DNA from: a bacterium
GTDB taxonomy: Bacteria; SZUA-182; DTGQ01; JAFGSM01
Reading direction: 5' to 3'
Assembly: GCA_049472315.1 (NCBI GenBank)
Contig: JBLIRN010000004.1
Span: forward strand, 1-64,000
Length of the DNA: 64,000 nucleotides
Under the pieces are notes generated by a model, which was given only the letters and a program-made list of their open reading frames with translations, was not told the DNA's origin and made no database searches. Position numbers and translations under genes: made by a program. Of this stretch, positions 1-11,348 are shown piece after piece (the stretch's first letter is position 1; every line of letters starts with the position of its first letter).

Positions 1-900
<900 letters not shown>

Positions 901-940
901 TAAACTCAAAAATTGACTGAAGGTGATACCCGCGATTCAT

Positions 941-952
941 TTATCAAAGAGC
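941..952 (-). promoter_or_regulatory. rrn leader boxA-like antitermination site
   Basis: Minus strand GCTCTTTGATAA about 40 nt upstream of the 16S; resembles boxA TGCTCTTTAACA. Confidence 0.65.
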
Positions 953-975
953 GTACTAGTCCACTTCAATTACTA

Positions 976-1004
976 TTTATATCATCGGTATGTCATTTTG
1001 TCAA
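976..1004 (-). promoter_or_regulatory. rrn P2-like sigma70 promoter
   Basis: TTGACA (1004-999), 17 bp, TATAAA (981-976) preceded by TG (extended -10). Confidence 0.7.
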
Positions 1005-1033
1005 ATGTCACATTCGCCGTTTCGAGAATGCTA

Positions 1034-1062
1034 ACTATACAATAACCAGTTTTTGTTGTCAA
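1034..1062 (-). promoter_or_regulatory. rrn P1-like sigma70 promoter with AT-rich UP region
   Basis: TTGACA (1062-1057), 17 bp, TATAGT (1039-1034); A/T tract upstream at ~1068-1110. Confidence 0.8.
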
Positions 1063-1178
1063 GCGCCTTAATTTTTTATTTTTTGATAATTATTCTTAGT
1101 TTTTTACCAAAATAGCCGTTGACTCTTCCTGCCTTGAATGGATTACAATGAATTGGAGGAAATTGCGGGGCCTTGGGA

Positions 1179-2393
1179 CTATTTCGGCACGACCTTCAGG
1201 AAGCCTCTCTTTCCCACCTTGATGATGCATGCGCGTGACAGGTCAAGGACGAAATCCTCATCCACCACCCTTTCTCCGTCAATGCTCACCCCGCCCTGTT
1301 TGATCATCCTCCTCCCCTGGCTGCTCGATTGGACAAGTCCCCGGTCCACCAGAAATCTCACCAGCCAGACCTGTTCCGCAACCGGGGGGCAGAATGTGGG
1401 TATGTCATCCGGGATTCCTCTTTTTTCGTGGACCTGTTCAAACCGCTCCTGTGCCTCCCGCGCCTTCTCCGAGCCATGGAATCGCTCCACCAGGGTGAAG
1501 GCAAGCCTTTTTTTCGTCTCCTTCGGATTGACGGTTCCTTCGCTTATCCGGTTGCTCAATGCATCAACCTCGGCAGGTTCCATATCGGTCAGGAGTCGAT
1601 AGTATCTCAGCATGATCCGGTCGTCTATCGACATCACCTTCCCGTAGATATCGCTGGGTAATTCATCGATTCCAACGTAATTTCCGAGGCTCTTGCTCAT
1701 CTTTTGAACGCCGTCAAGCCCTTCAAGGATGGGCATCATGATGACCACCTGGGGGGGCTGGCCGTAGTCTCTTTGCAGTTCGCGTCCCATGAGCAGGTTG
1801 AATCTCTGATCGGTTCCCCCCAGTTCCACATCCGCCTTCATCATGACCGAATCGTACCCCTGGATGAGCGGATAGATGAATTCATGGATGCTGATGGGGA
1901 GCTGTTCGGTGAACCGGGTATGGAAGTCCTCCCGCTCGAGCATGCGGGCCACGGTCTGCTTCGAGCAGAGCCGGATGAGATCCATGCTGGTGATCGTCTC
2001 CATCCACTGACTGTTGAAGACGATCCTGGTCTTTTCGGGGTCCAGGATCTTATAGATCTGCCGCTCGTATGTCTTGGCATTCTCGAGCACCTGCTCACGG
2101 CTCAAGGGCTTTCTCGTCTCCGATCTGCCGCTGGGATCACCGATGAGCCCGGTAAAATCGCCGATCAGAAAAAACACCTCATGCCCGAGGCGCTGGAAGT
2201 CCCTCATCTTTTGAATCAACACCGTATGACCGAGGTGCAGATCAGGGGCGGTTGGATCAAAACCGGCCTTTATGCGCAGAGGAACCCCCGTTGAACGGGA
2301 ACGGGAAAGCTTGGCCTCGAGCTCGTCCTTAGAAATGACATCCTCCACGCCCTTGAGAAGGATGCGCAGGTCATGTTCCATGCTATGGTCCAT
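1179..2393 (-). CDS. tyrS: Tyrosyl-tRNA synthetase
   Basis: [13 protein letters not shown] (HIGH), [13 protein letters not shown] and a C-terminal S4 domain. Start moved to the ATG at 2393 after GGAGA. Confidence 0.97.
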   Translation of the reverse strand: MDHSMEHDLRILLKGVEDVISKDELEAKLSRSRSTGVPLRIKAGFDPTAPDLHLGHTVLIQKMRDFQRLGHEVFFLIGDFTGLIGDPSGRSETRKPLSREQVLENAKTYERQIYKILDPEKTRIVFNSQWMETITSMDLIRLCSKQTVARMLEREDFHTRFTEQLPISIHEFIYPLIQGYDSVMMKADVELGGTDQRFNLLMGRELQRDYGQPPQVVIMMPILEGLDGVQKMSKSLGNYVGIDELPSDIYGKVMSIDDRIMLRYYRLLTDMEPAEVDALSNRISEGTVNPKETKKRLAFTLVERFHGSEKAREAQERFEQVHEKRGIPDDIPTFCPPVAEQVWLVRFLVDRGLVQSSSQGRRMIKQGGVSIDGERVVDEDFVLDLSRACIIKVGKRGFLKVVPK

Positions 2394-2558
2394 TGTCTCC
2401 ATTTCCGTTGTTGTTTTCCGTCCGCCATCGGGAATGATAAGGATACCAGAATGCATGTATCCCGGTCAACATCCCCATCCAAAAAATGGTAATTCTGATT
2501 GTGGCGCTGCGGCGTCGGGGGCAGGCATGGTTACGGAGCGATATAGGGAGGCTTTTTG

Positions 2559-3389
2559 CTATATAAGGAAAAACCGTTCAATACACCAGGCGCCGGTAAG
2601 ATACAGGAGCACGCATCCGAATGCATACACATCCTTTCGCCCCATGGGTGTGCCGATCCCCTCGCTGCCCCGCCCGTCACTCCCTGTATCGGCAGAACTC
2701 CTCGCCTCCATTGCCAGGGCGACCTTTTCCGAACGCCTGAATATTCGTATCAGAAGAAGCGGAACAAGTCCGATGATGCGGCGAGCCCTCTGACAATAAC
2801 CGCCGGTATCGAAGCGGATACCCCGTGCCTTTTGAACCATGATCAATCGGTCCGCCTCCTCTTTCAGCAGGGGGAGGAAGTGAAGGGAGAGCCCTGCCAT
2901 GATCGATATGTCATCAACGGGAAACCCGATTCTGCGGAAGGGACCGAGCAGGGCCTGAAACGTCCAGGTCAGGTCCGAGGGAGGGGTGGTCATGGTAAGG
3001 AGGAAACAGAATCCGATAAGGATCAGCCATCGGATCGCCGCGGTCATTCCGGCAAGAAGCCCGAAGTGTATCCTTGACCACATCGGCAGCGTCAACCCCG
3101 CATCGCGATACCCACGCCATCCATACAGGAGGACGAGTATGGCAAAAAACCAGACGAAGATGCGGAATCCCTTCAGCCATGCCTTGACAGGCACATGAGA
3201 GATCATGAGAATACACGCCAGCAGCAGCCCGAGCATGAGAAGGGATATCACGGTCTTTAACAGGATCAATCCTGCACCGATTGCGCACAGGGAAAGCAGC
3301 TTTATCCGCGGATCGAGACGGTGGATAAAGGAATCCTGATAAAAGTAGCGCCCAAGGGCGATATCCCGCATCATACTACTGGTCTCCAC
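2559..3389 (-). CDS. ecfT: ECF transporter transmembrane T component (EcfT/CbiQ family)
   Basis: SFIHRLDPRIKL N-terminus; conserved QKARG and AMEAR motifs; multiple TM segments. Confidence 0.9.
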   Translation of the reverse strand: METSSMMRDIALGRYFYQDSFIHRLDPRIKLLSLCAIGAGLILLKTVISLLMLGLLLACILMISHVPVKAWLKGFRIFVWFFAILVLLYGWRGYRDAGLTLPMWSRIHFGLLAGMTAAIRWLILIGFCFLLTMTTPPSDLTWTFQALLGPFRRIGFPVDDISIMAGLSLHFLPLLKEEADRLIMVQKARGIRFDTGGYCQRARRIIGLVPLLLIRIFRRSEKVALAMEARSSADTGSDGRGSEGIGTPMGRKDVYAFGCVLLYLTGAWCIERFFLI

Positions 3390-4119
3390 TCAGCTCGATC
3401 TCACCCCAGACCCCCATGTAGTGATCCACCAGGATCACCACCCCCTCGATATCCTCCACATGAGCACACCAGTCAAGCACCCGATCCAGGTCTGCGCGAC
3501 TCCCGATCCGATTGCTCACTGCGGTTGCCCATACATCCGCCAGGCAGGCATTTTCGGCAAGAATCGTCACCGCGTAGGACCTCCCCATATTGACCGAATG
3601 ACCTGTGATGCCGGAGGAGGTGCACAGTCCCTTCCCTGCTGCGGGAGGAACATGCATACACACCTTTCCGTGAAAGGGGGAGCCGGGCGCACTTAAATAA
3701 ACCCCCTGTTTTTCCGGAGACTTATAGAATATATCCCCGCCGTTGTTACAGATGATCCGGCGATGCCCTTCCGACAGTCCTTCCCCCACAAAGTCCGCCA
3801 CCGCCCCTGCGACCCCTGCCATCGGACCGACCCCCGCTCGCATCGCACATCGGGCCATCCGCCTGATGACCTCGGGCGCGGTCTCAGGAACCTCAAGGGG
3901 ATGCAGCGATGAGAGGAACGAGCCGTCCGATGCCGCATATCCCTCGATCTGCTCGTAGACCTTCCGGAGCCAGCCCTCCACACGGACTCGGTCGAGCGCG
4001 CCGTCGGCCTTGATCCATAGATCGGTATGTTTATAGATAATATGGAGTGATGAGAGATCCGTCAATTGGAAAAACCGCCGTGGTCCGGAGTAACGGTGAT
4101 AATTCCCGGGAGGCCACAA
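3376..4119 (-). CDS. UPF0280 / ApbE-superfamily protein
   Basis: GVGPMAGVAGAVAD, NNGGDI, GLCTSSG..GHS, ADVWATAVSN motifs. The start is uncertain. Confidence 0.85.
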   Translation of the reverse strand: MWPPGNYHRYSGPRRFFQLTDLSSLHIIYKHTDLWIKADGALDRVRVEGWLRKVYEQIEGYAASDGSFLSSLHPLEVPETAPEVIRRMARCAMRAGVGPMAGVAGAVADFVGEGLSEGHRRIICNNGGDIFYKSPEKQGVYLSAPGSPFHGKVCMHVPPAAGKGLCTSSGITGHSVNMGRSYAVTILAENACLADVWATAVSNRIGSRADLDRVLDWCAHVEDIEGVVILVDHYMGVWGEIELSGDQ

Positions 4120-4487
4120 GGAACGGAGGGGAATTGCTTCACCCGGGACAGGATGCTTCAGTGACCCTATGCATGCTCATCGCTCGCACAGAGACCGGGA
4201 TCCACTCCCCATCATCCCGGCTGAGGGCGCACCCTCAGCCTACCTGATGATCTCGGGAACCCATGCCAATGCCTTTTCATTTCATTATACCCCTTTCGCG
4301 GGTATTTGTCCTGTGTTCGGATGACATAGACCATCGTAAAAGGGATGAATGGGGTGTCGGGGCAGGCGAAGGGCATTCGAAGGCACTTCCGGCCGCAGGC
4401 ATGCATTCATCTTCGGCCCGGATCTGTATGCCGTGTCCACATCGCGCCCTGCACGGGGAGATATGCATGACATCGCCGCATTCCTGC

Positions 4488-5708
4488 CTAATCCACCTGC
4501 CTTCTCAAAAAGGTGGGGACGTCGTAGTTCGGATCCGGTTTGTCGTCGTCGTCCTTGATGATGCCGAGATCCTTTGCATTCATCTCCCGTTCGAATATTC
4601 GAGGCCGTCTGACAGGCTCCGATGTTTGGGGCTTCATCCGCTCATTCCTGCCCTGGGGCCGCAGGTTCAAATGATCCGGCCTTTTCGGAAGATGCTGATA
4701 GTCCACAACCTTGGTCGATTTCTGCTGCGTCAGGACATGGTCCGTGCCGGTGGCAATGACCATCACCCTCAAATCCTCGCTCATATCAAGATCTTCAACC
4801 ATTCCGAATATGATGGTCGCATCCTCGTGAACAGCCCCGTGGATGGTCGATGCCGCATCGTTGATCTCCTTGAGGGTGATATCCTTTCCTCCCGTTATAT
4901 TCAAAAGGACACCGGTGGCACCCTCAATGGAGGTATCCTCCATGAGAGGATTGGAGATGGCCAACCGAACCGCATTGATTGCCCTGTTGTCCCCTTTTGC
5001 CGTGCCGGTCCCCATGAGCGCTGTTCCCTTGGCGGACATGATGGTTTTGACATCGGCAAAGTCCAGGTTAATCTTACCCTGATTGGTGATCAGGTCGGAA
5101 ATACCCCGCACCGATTGGCAGAGGACCTGATCAGCCACGTTGAATGCCTCTTCGAGCTGGATACTCTCATTGCCCATGGTCAAAAGCCGCTGATTGGGAA
5201 TGGTCACAATCGAATCAACCTCACAGTTCAATTCCGAGATCCCCATTTCGGCGTGGGTCATCCGCTTTCTTCCCTCAAACAGGAAGGGCTTCGTTACGAA
5301 TGCCACCACCAGCGCCCCGGCCTCCCTCGCAGCCTGGGCCACTATGGGCGATGCCCCGGTGCCGGTTCCCCCTCCCATGCCGGCGGTAATGAAGACCATA
5401 TCCGCCCCCTCAAGCATTTCCACGATTCGCGGATAATCCTCTTCGGCCGCCTTCCTGCCTGTTTCCGGAACTGCCCCCGCACCGAGACCCCTGGTCAGTT
5501 TGGCCCCGATCTGGATCTTGACCGGTGCGGGGGAGCGTTTGAGGTCCTGGGCATCGGTGTTGATGACGATAAAATCGACCTTCTGTACCTTTTCATTGAT
5601 CATCCGGTTTACCGCATTGCCACCGCCTCCACCCACGCCGATCACCTTTATCTTTGCACCGGAGGCAATCGCCTCTTCCAAATCAAACAACATCTTCTTC
5701 TCTGGCAT
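4488..5708 (-). CDS. ftsZ: Cell division protein FtsZ
   Basis: IKVIGVGGGGGNAVNRM, GGGTGTG tubulin motif, NLDFADV, C-terminal DVPTFLRRQ. Start set at ATG 5708 after GGAGG. Confidence 0.99.
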   Translation of the reverse strand: MPEKKMLFDLEEAIASGAKIKVIGVGGGGGNAVNRMINEKVQKVDFIVINTDAQDLKRSPAPVKIQIGAKLTRGLGAGAVPETGRKAAEEDYPRIVEMLEGADMVFITAGMGGGTGTGASPIVAQAAREAGALVVAFVTKPFLFEGRKRMTHAEMGISELNCEVDSIVTIPNQRLLTMGNESIQLEEAFNVADQVLCQSVRGISDLITNQGKINLDFADVKTIMSAKGTALMGTGTAKGDNRAINAVRLAISNPLMEDTSIEGATGVLLNITGGKDITLKEINDAASTIHGAVHEDATIIFGMVEDLDMSEDLRVMVIATGTDHVLTQQKSTKVVDYQHLPKRPDHLNLRPQGRNERMKPQTSEPVRRPRIFEREMNAKDLGIIKDDDDKPDPNYDVPTFLRRQVD

Positions 5709-5798
5709 ATGGCTTCCTCCCCTTCTCCTCACGAAAAGCTCTTGAATAATTGTATATGTATTGGTAACAACCTCGCCCTGATTCGCTACACTCCGTGA

Positions 5799-7037
5799 CT
5801 AATGCACAAAAAAATCATTCACCATGCTTTTCATCCGATTTGCAATGCCATAGATGAATCCGCTATCCTGCGGTTTCCTTGAGGCATAATGATGCTGGGC
5901 GCCATAGAGCACCAGCCCCACGCCGGTTGCATGTACAGGGCTCCGCACCACATCCTTCAACCCCTCAACATTGTCCGGATACCCGATACGGACAGGAAGG
6001 TCGAGAATCTGTTCACCCACCTCCACCATGCCCTCCATAATGGATGCCCCCCCGGTCAATACCACCCCTGCGGATATGAGCTCTTCGTAACCGCTTGCAT
6101 GAATCTCCCGTGCAATCAAATCGAATATCTCCTCGGCCCTTGGCTGAATGATCTCAGACAGGACCTGACGGGAAATGACCCTCGGCTTGCGCCCGCCCAC
6201 GCTGGGCACCTCGATGACCTCATTCTCGTCAACCAGGGAGGTCAAGGCACATCCATATTCCCGCTTGATCTTTTCAGCCTCGGAAATCGGCGTCCTCAAT
6301 CCCACCGCAATATCCTTGGTGAAGTTGTCCCCGGCAAGGGAAAGAACACTGGTGTATCGAATGCTCCCGTCAACGAATATGGCGATATCCGTGGTGCCGC
6401 CGCCGATGTCCACCACCGCTATCCCCAGGTCCTTCTCCTCCTGGGTGATGGTGGAATGGCTCGATCCGAGCTGTTCCAGGATGATATCCTTTACCTCGAT
6501 CCCCGCCCTGTTCACACACCTGATGATATTCTGGGCGGAGGTGATGGCCCCGATGACGATGTGGACCAATACCTCCAATCTGACCCCGTGCATCCCGAGG
6601 GGCTTCTTGATCCCCTCCTGTTCGTCTATGAGAAATTCCTGGGGTAAGACATGGATCACCTCATGGCTCACGGGAAGTGCAACGGCCTTTGCCGCGTCGA
6701 TTGCCCGATCGACGTCGTCCTGGATAATCTCCCTGTTCTTCCCTGAAACCGCGATGACCCCCTTGCTGTTGATTCCGCGGATATGCCCCCCCGCAATGCC
6801 GACATAGGCCTCGTCAATCTGATGACCGGACATCAGCTCCGCCTCCCTGACGGCAAATTTGATTGACTCTACCGTGCTGTCGATATCGACCACCGTGCCC
6901 TTGCGGAGGCCTCTGGACGGGGCCACTCCCATGCCGATGATCTCCACAGCAGAAGCGGAAGGGCATTCTGCCACGATTGCAGCAATCTTCGTCGTTCCTA
7001 TATCCAATCCTACGATGATGTTATCCTTTTTTATCAT
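5799..7037 (-). CDS. ftsA: Cell division protein FtsA
   Basis: GLDIGTTKI, VDIGGGTTD, VLTGGAS; lies upstream of ftsZ. Confidence 0.98.
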   Translation of the reverse strand: MIKKDNIIVGLDIGTTKIAAIVAECPSASAVEIIGMGVAPSRGLRKGTVVDIDSTVESIKFAVREAELMSGHQIDEAYVGIAGGHIRGINSKGVIAVSGKNREIIQDDVDRAIDAAKAVALPVSHEVIHVLPQEFLIDEQEGIKKPLGMHGVRLEVLVHIVIGAITSAQNIIRCVNRAGIEVKDIILEQLGSSHSTITQEEKDLGIAVVDIGGGTTDIAIFVDGSIRYTSVLSLAGDNFTKDIAVGLRTPISEAEKIKREYGCALTSLVDENEVIEVPSVGGRKPRVISRQVLSEIIQPRAEEIFDLIAREIHASGYEELISAGVVLTGGASIMEGMVEVGEQILDLPVRIGYPDNVEGLKDVVRSPVHATGVGLVLYGAQHHYASRKPQDSGFIYGIANRMKSMVNDFFVH

Positions 7038-7177
7038 GTTCCCCTTGCCCCCCTCCTGTCAAAGATACACCTTCCATCTCGCTACCCTGCCGAGAAACAG
7101 ACAAAAGGTGTGCATTCACGCTGATGTTTTTCATTGAGAAAATCCCGCACATATTCCGGTATAACCATTCAATGCTT

Positions 7178-7990
7178 CTATCCGAAGATGATCTTGTTAT
7201 CGAATCGCACATCACAGTACCCCATGGATCGCCACTGCTCGGGCATTTTATGGATCAATGCCTTCAGAGGGGGGAACTTGGCGCGAATTGTCTCCATATC
7301 CACCAGGAGCTTCCTCCCCTGGGTCAAAAAGACAGTCACCTGATTTTCCGAGACAATGCAGATCTTCACCACCTCATTCATGAACTCCGGGGCGCATTCC
7401 TTCATGATCTCCACCATGCTCAGCCCGTTGGACCAATACGGGAAGGGACAACGCCGCCCTGCCTTGCAGTCGAAATGCCCGAAGCATGTCATGACCGGTA
7501 ACGAAGAAAAGGAGTCCCTGCCCCGGACAGGTTCCAGCAGGCAGCCGAATTCGTCCATCAAGAAACGATTGTCTTCTTCCTCCCAGATCGCAACCGGCAG
7601 CTTTTCCTCCACCTCGATGGAGACCGTATAGGGGAACTTCCGTTCCACAAGGAGGGACCTGATCCATGGCTGGGCCTCGGCAATCCCGGTAACCCCGCGT
7701 AAATCAAAGTTCAGCATATGGAGACCCTCCTTGATGCCGGTCCACATCTTGATCTGTTCCGATGAAATACGGCTGTTCCCCGTGATTTCGATCCTCTTGA
7801 TGGTGAGGTACCCCCACCGTGTTCCCCATTCGATCAGATGCCTCCCCAACGGGATCAGGGCCAGCATGGCGAACACCACCACATAGGGGAGCACCATGGC
7901 GCGTTTGCGCGGGGTCTTGCCCTTCCGTTTGCACACCCTCTGCGGCGTCCTTTTGATCAAGGGTGGTTTTGAGGTCACGGGTCGACTCAT
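7178..7990 (-). CDS. ftsQ: Cell division protein FtsQ/DivIB
   Basis: Basic N-tail, single TM, POTRA (IEITGN..PWI..VERKFP), terminal DVRF; dcw position. Confidence 0.9.
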   Translation of the reverse strand: MSRPVTSKPPLIKRTPQRVCKRKGKTPRKRAMVLPYVVVFAMLALIPLGRHLIEWGTRWGYLTIKRIEITGNSRISSEQIKMWTGIKEGLHMLNFDLRGVTGIAEAQPWIRSLLVERKFPYTVSIEVEEKLPVAIWEEEDNRFLMDEFGCLLEPVRGRDSFSSLPVMTCFGHFDCKAGRRCPFPYWSNGLSMVEIMKECAPEFMNEVVKICIVSENQVTVFLTQGRKLLVDMETIRAKFPPLKALIHKMPEQWRSMGYCDVRFDNKIIFG

Positions 7991-7997
7991 ACGCTCC

Positions 7998-9047
7998 TCA
8001 GTCTCCCCCACTCTTGCCACCTGTTGTCATGGCAAGGCCCTTGTCACAGCATCCATGGCACATGGATCTCTCCTCGTTCCCTTTCCGTTCGGACAGGTCA
8101 TTCCGTCGCGCCAAGGCCATCAGCAGAATCCTTTCCACCAGCTCCGGGAATTGTATCCCCTGCACCAGGGCGGCCTTGGGCAAGAGGCTCGTATCGGTCA
8201 TGCCGGGTATGGTATTGATCTCCAGGCAGAAGGGGCTACCATCCTCCCTGAGGCGGAAATCAACACGGGAAAAATCCCGGCATCCCAATGCCCGAAAGGC
8301 ATGAGCACCAAGCTCCTGCACCCTCCCGGCAATATCCTCGCTCAACGGCGCCGGACAGCGATATTCCGACTGACCGTGGGTATACTTTGCCTGGAAGTCA
8401 TAAAATCCGGATCGGGGGACGATCTCCAGAACGGGCAACGGCTCCGTTCCCAGGATTCCCACGGTCAGCTCACGGCCCGGCACATATTCCTCGACCAGGA
8501 CGGCATCGTCGTATCCGAATGCGTCCGCCACCGCATCCTTCAGCTCCGAGCGCCCATTGACGATGTGGATGCCGATGGTCGAGCCCTGGGTGGCAGGCTT
8601 GACCACCACAGGGTATCCGAAGGGGCTCTCCTCCAACGGTCCGTCCGTCTTTCCCAGAGGGACGAATAAAGGTGTGGGAATCCCTGCGTGTTGAAGGACG
8701 ATCTTGGTGAATATCTTGTGTATGGCCACCGAACTGGCCAGTACCCCCGATCCGGTATACGGGATTCCCATCATCTCGAGCACGCCCTGGATGGTCCCAT
8801 CCTCACCGAAACGGCCGTGGAGTGCCAGGAAGGCCACATCAATTCCCTCATGCTTGATGCGATCACACACATTGCGGTCCACATCGATCGGTATGACCTC
8901 CCAGCCCTTGGCAATGAGCGCCTTTGTGATTGCCTGCCCCGTTTTTAAGGAAATCTCACGCTCATCAGACCATCCGCCAAGAAGCACCCCGACCCGCAGT
9001 GATTCCTTCCGTGTGGCATGATTGCCGGATTCATCGTTCATCATCAT
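7998..9047 (-). CDS. ddl: D-alanine--D-alanine ligase
   Basis: GGWSDEREISL, LHGRFGEDG, EINTIPGMT. Confidence 0.97.
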   Translation of the reverse strand: MMMNDESGNHATRKESLRVGVLLGGWSDEREISLKTGQAITKALIAKGWEVIPIDVDRNVCDRIKHEGIDVAFLALHGRFGEDGTIQGVLEMMGIPYTGSGVLASSVAIHKIFTKIVLQHAGIPTPLFVPLGKTDGPLEESPFGYPVVVKPATQGSTIGIHIVNGRSELKDAVADAFGYDDAVLVEEYVPGRELTVGILGTEPLPVLEIVPRSGFYDFQAKYTHGQSEYRCPAPLSEDIAGRVQELGAHAFRALGCRDFSRVDFRLREDGSPFCLEINTIPGMTDTSLLPKAALVQGIQFPELVERILLMALARRNDLSERKGNEERSMCHGCCDKGLAMTTGGKSGGD

Positions 9048-9945
9048 TCACCCAAAATTTCACCTCTGGTTTCAGGTATACCCCGGATACCATGTATACC
9101 CGCTTCTGAACACTCTCCATAAGACGAAGGAAATCGTCGGAGGTGCCCCCTCCGCAATTGATGAAAAAATTCGCATGCTTGCGTGAAACCTCGACCTGGC
9201 CTATTCGATGCCCCTTGAGACCCGCCTCGTCAATCAGCCTTCCCGCCGAGTATCCGGGGGGATTCCGAAAAACACATCCCGCGCTCCTCTCGCGATACGG
9301 CTGGGCACTCCATCGTTTCGCAAGCGTCCTTCGCACCGCATTCTTGACATCAATCCCGGGCTTCAGCCGCAGCCGCGCACCCAGGACAATCTTTCCATTG
9401 CTGATTCGGCTGCGCCGGTACCCGAATCCCATCTCCTTTGCCGACCACGTCTCGATTCGGCCATCCGTCAGGATGTCGACCTCCTCGACAAGATCTCCCA
9501 GGCTTCCCTGGTCGGTACCCGCATTCATGGTTATCGCCCCCCCCAGCGTGCCGGGGATACCGGCGAGCGGGGCCGCGCCGTTCAAATCGCAGGTGATGGC
9601 CTCTTTCAGCAGACAGGCAAGCGGGCATCCCCCTCCCATGCCGATCCGGTCGTTGTTTCTCTTGATTTCACTCAGCGTCCCGCCGAGTTGAATGACAATC
9701 CCCTTCAGCAGTCCATTCTGGATGACCAGATTGGTACCCTTCCCCAGTATCCTTACCCTCAGTTGCTCTGATCTGGCCAGGTCCAAAATCCTGCGCAATT
9801 CCTCCAGATCATAGACCATGGCCCAGAATTCAACCAATCCCCCCATATTGAGGGATGTCAATGGGGCCAGTGGGCGGTTCATGCGAAACCGGCTGCCCAG
9901 AATCCTCTTCATGCCCTTAATGCACTCACACGTGGCAACTATCAT
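9031..9945 (-). CDS. murB: UDP-N-acetylenolpyruvoylglucosamine reductase
   Basis: GIPGTLGGAITMNAG, FGYRRS, SAGCVFRNP, HANFFIN; ATGA overlap with the murC stop. Confidence 0.95.
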   Translation of the reverse strand: MIVATCECIKGMKRILGSRFRMNRPLAPLTSLNMGGLVEFWAMVYDLEELRRILDLARSEQLRVRILGKGTNLVIQNGLLKGIVIQLGGTLSEIKRNNDRIGMGGGCPLACLLKEAITCDLNGAAPLAGIPGTLGGAITMNAGTDQGSLGDLVEEVDILTDGRIETWSAKEMGFGYRRSRISNGKIVLGARLRLKPGIDVKNAVRRTLAKRWSAQPYRERSAGCVFRNPPGYSAGRLIDEAGLKGHRIGQVEVSRKHANFFINCGGGTSDDFLRLMESVQKRVYMVSGVYLKPEVKFWVNDDER

Positions 9946-11348
9946 TGGTTCCCCCCTGATGACCCTACCAAGAATCGTTCTTGTTTGATCATCCCCTCGA
10001 GTTTCTCTCCCACCTTCCACACATCGCCGGCGCCAAGGGTCAAAACCATATCCCCCGGCCGCACAATCTCCAGTAAGAATGCCGGGATTTCATTGAGGTC
10101 TGTCAGATAATGCACATCCTTGTGCCCGTGTTCCCTGAGTTCCTCGGCTATCAACCCTCCGTGAACACCCTGGATGGGTTGTTCTCCCGCAGGATAGATA
10201 TCCGTCACCACCACCAGATCCGCGTCGTAGAAACAGGTGGCGAACTCCTCCAAGAGGAATTGTGTACGGGTATAGCGATGAGGCTGAAATACGCATATGA
10301 TTCGTTTCCCCCATCCCTTTTTCGCCGCCCTCAAGGTGGCCTTGATCTCCGTGGGATGATGGCCGTAATCGTCCACGATCACCAGGTCACCGATCTTTGC
10401 CTTGACCTGGAAGCGCCGGTCCGCGCCCTTGAATCCTTCCATGGCCTTTTGAATAACGATGAAGGGCATTTCCAGATCGAGGGCCACCCCGATGGAGGCA
10501 AGGGCATCGTATATGTTGTGGATACCCGGGAGATTGAGATCGATTGGACCGAGTGGTGTGCCGTGATAAAGGACGTCGAAATGGGAGTGGAGCCCTTCTA
10601 TACGTATGTTCTCGGCACGCAGGTCGCACTGAATGGTCAGGCCGTAGGTAAGAATCCTCTTGGTAAGACGGGGAATCATCTCCTGAAGGATCGGGTCGTC
10701 CAGACACAGGCATATGAGTCCGTAGAACGAGACCTTGTTCATGAACTGTAGAAAGGTATCCTTTATATGATCAAGATCCCGATAGAAATCGAGGTGTTCC
10801 CGGTCGATATTGGTTACCACCGCAATGGTCGGGGAAAGCTTGAGAAAGGAGCCGTCGCTCTCATCCGCCTCGGCGACCATGTACTCTCCCTGACCGAGTT
10901 TTGCCGTGCTGCCGATGCTATCCAGTCTGCCTCCGATGACGATCGTGGGATCAAGGCCTCCCCTCCCCAATATGGACGCGACCATCGAGGTCGTGGTGGT
11001 CTTTCCATGGCTCCCGGCCACAGCGATACCGTACTTCATGCGCATGAGCTCGGCGAGCATCTCCGCCCGGGGGATGACGGGTATCAGGGAGGCACGCGCC
11101 GCCCTGATCTCCGGATTCTCGTCCGATACCGCGGAGGAATAGACTACTACCTGGGCGCTCGTAATATTCTCTTCCTTATGGCCGATGCGAATGGTGATCC
11201 CGAGATCCTGGAGCCGTTGCACGGTGGCGCTGTCATGAAGATCGCTTCCGGTCACCGTGTACCCCAGGTTGTGCAGCACCTCCGCGATCCCGCACATCCC
11301 TATCCCGCCGATGCCGACCATATGAATTCGTTTCAATTTAGGGTGCAT
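9942..11348 (-). CDS. murC: UDP-N-acetylmuramate--L-alanine ligase
   Basis: GIGGIGM, GSHGKTTT, EADESD, DDYGHHPTE, FQPHRYTRT. Confidence 0.98.
   Translation of the reverse strand: MHPKLKRIHMVGIGGIGMCGIAEVLHNLGYTVTGSDLHDSATVQRLQDLGITIRIGHKEENITSAQVVVYSSAVSDENPEIRAARASLIPVIPRAEMLAELMRMKYGIAVAGSHGKTTTTSMVASILGRGGLDPTIVIGGRLDSIGSTAKLGQGEYMVAEADESDGSFLKLSPTIAVVTNIDREHLDFYRDLDHIKDTFLQFMNKVSFYGLICLCLDDPILQEMIPRLTKRILTYGLTIQCDLRAENIRIEGLHSHFDVLYHGTPLGPIDLNLPGIHNIYDALASIGVALDLEMPFIVIQKAMEGFKGADRRFQVKAKIGDLVIVDDYGHHPTEIKATLRAAKKGWGKRIICVFQPHRYTRTQFLLEEFATCFYDADLVVVTDIYPAGEQPIQGVHGGLIAEELREHGHKDVHYLTDLNEIPAFLLEIVRPGDMVLTLGAGDVWKVGEKLEGMIKQERFLVGSSGGNQ

Noticed and set aside
2400..2560. T-box leader upstream of tyrS
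   Set aside because: No GGTGGNACCGCG T-box sequence or terminator found.
4177..4179. Selenocysteine TGA upstream in frame with the UPF0280 gene
   Set aside because: The upstream extension has no family-like sequence and no convincing SECIS could be identified.
4263..5798. 511-aa plus-strand ORF and many other long antisense ORFs (e.g. 20047-21204, 38001-39056, 52237-53313, 61533-62615)
   Set aside because: Shadow frames of well-conserved genes in GC-rich sequence, with no recognisable motifs.
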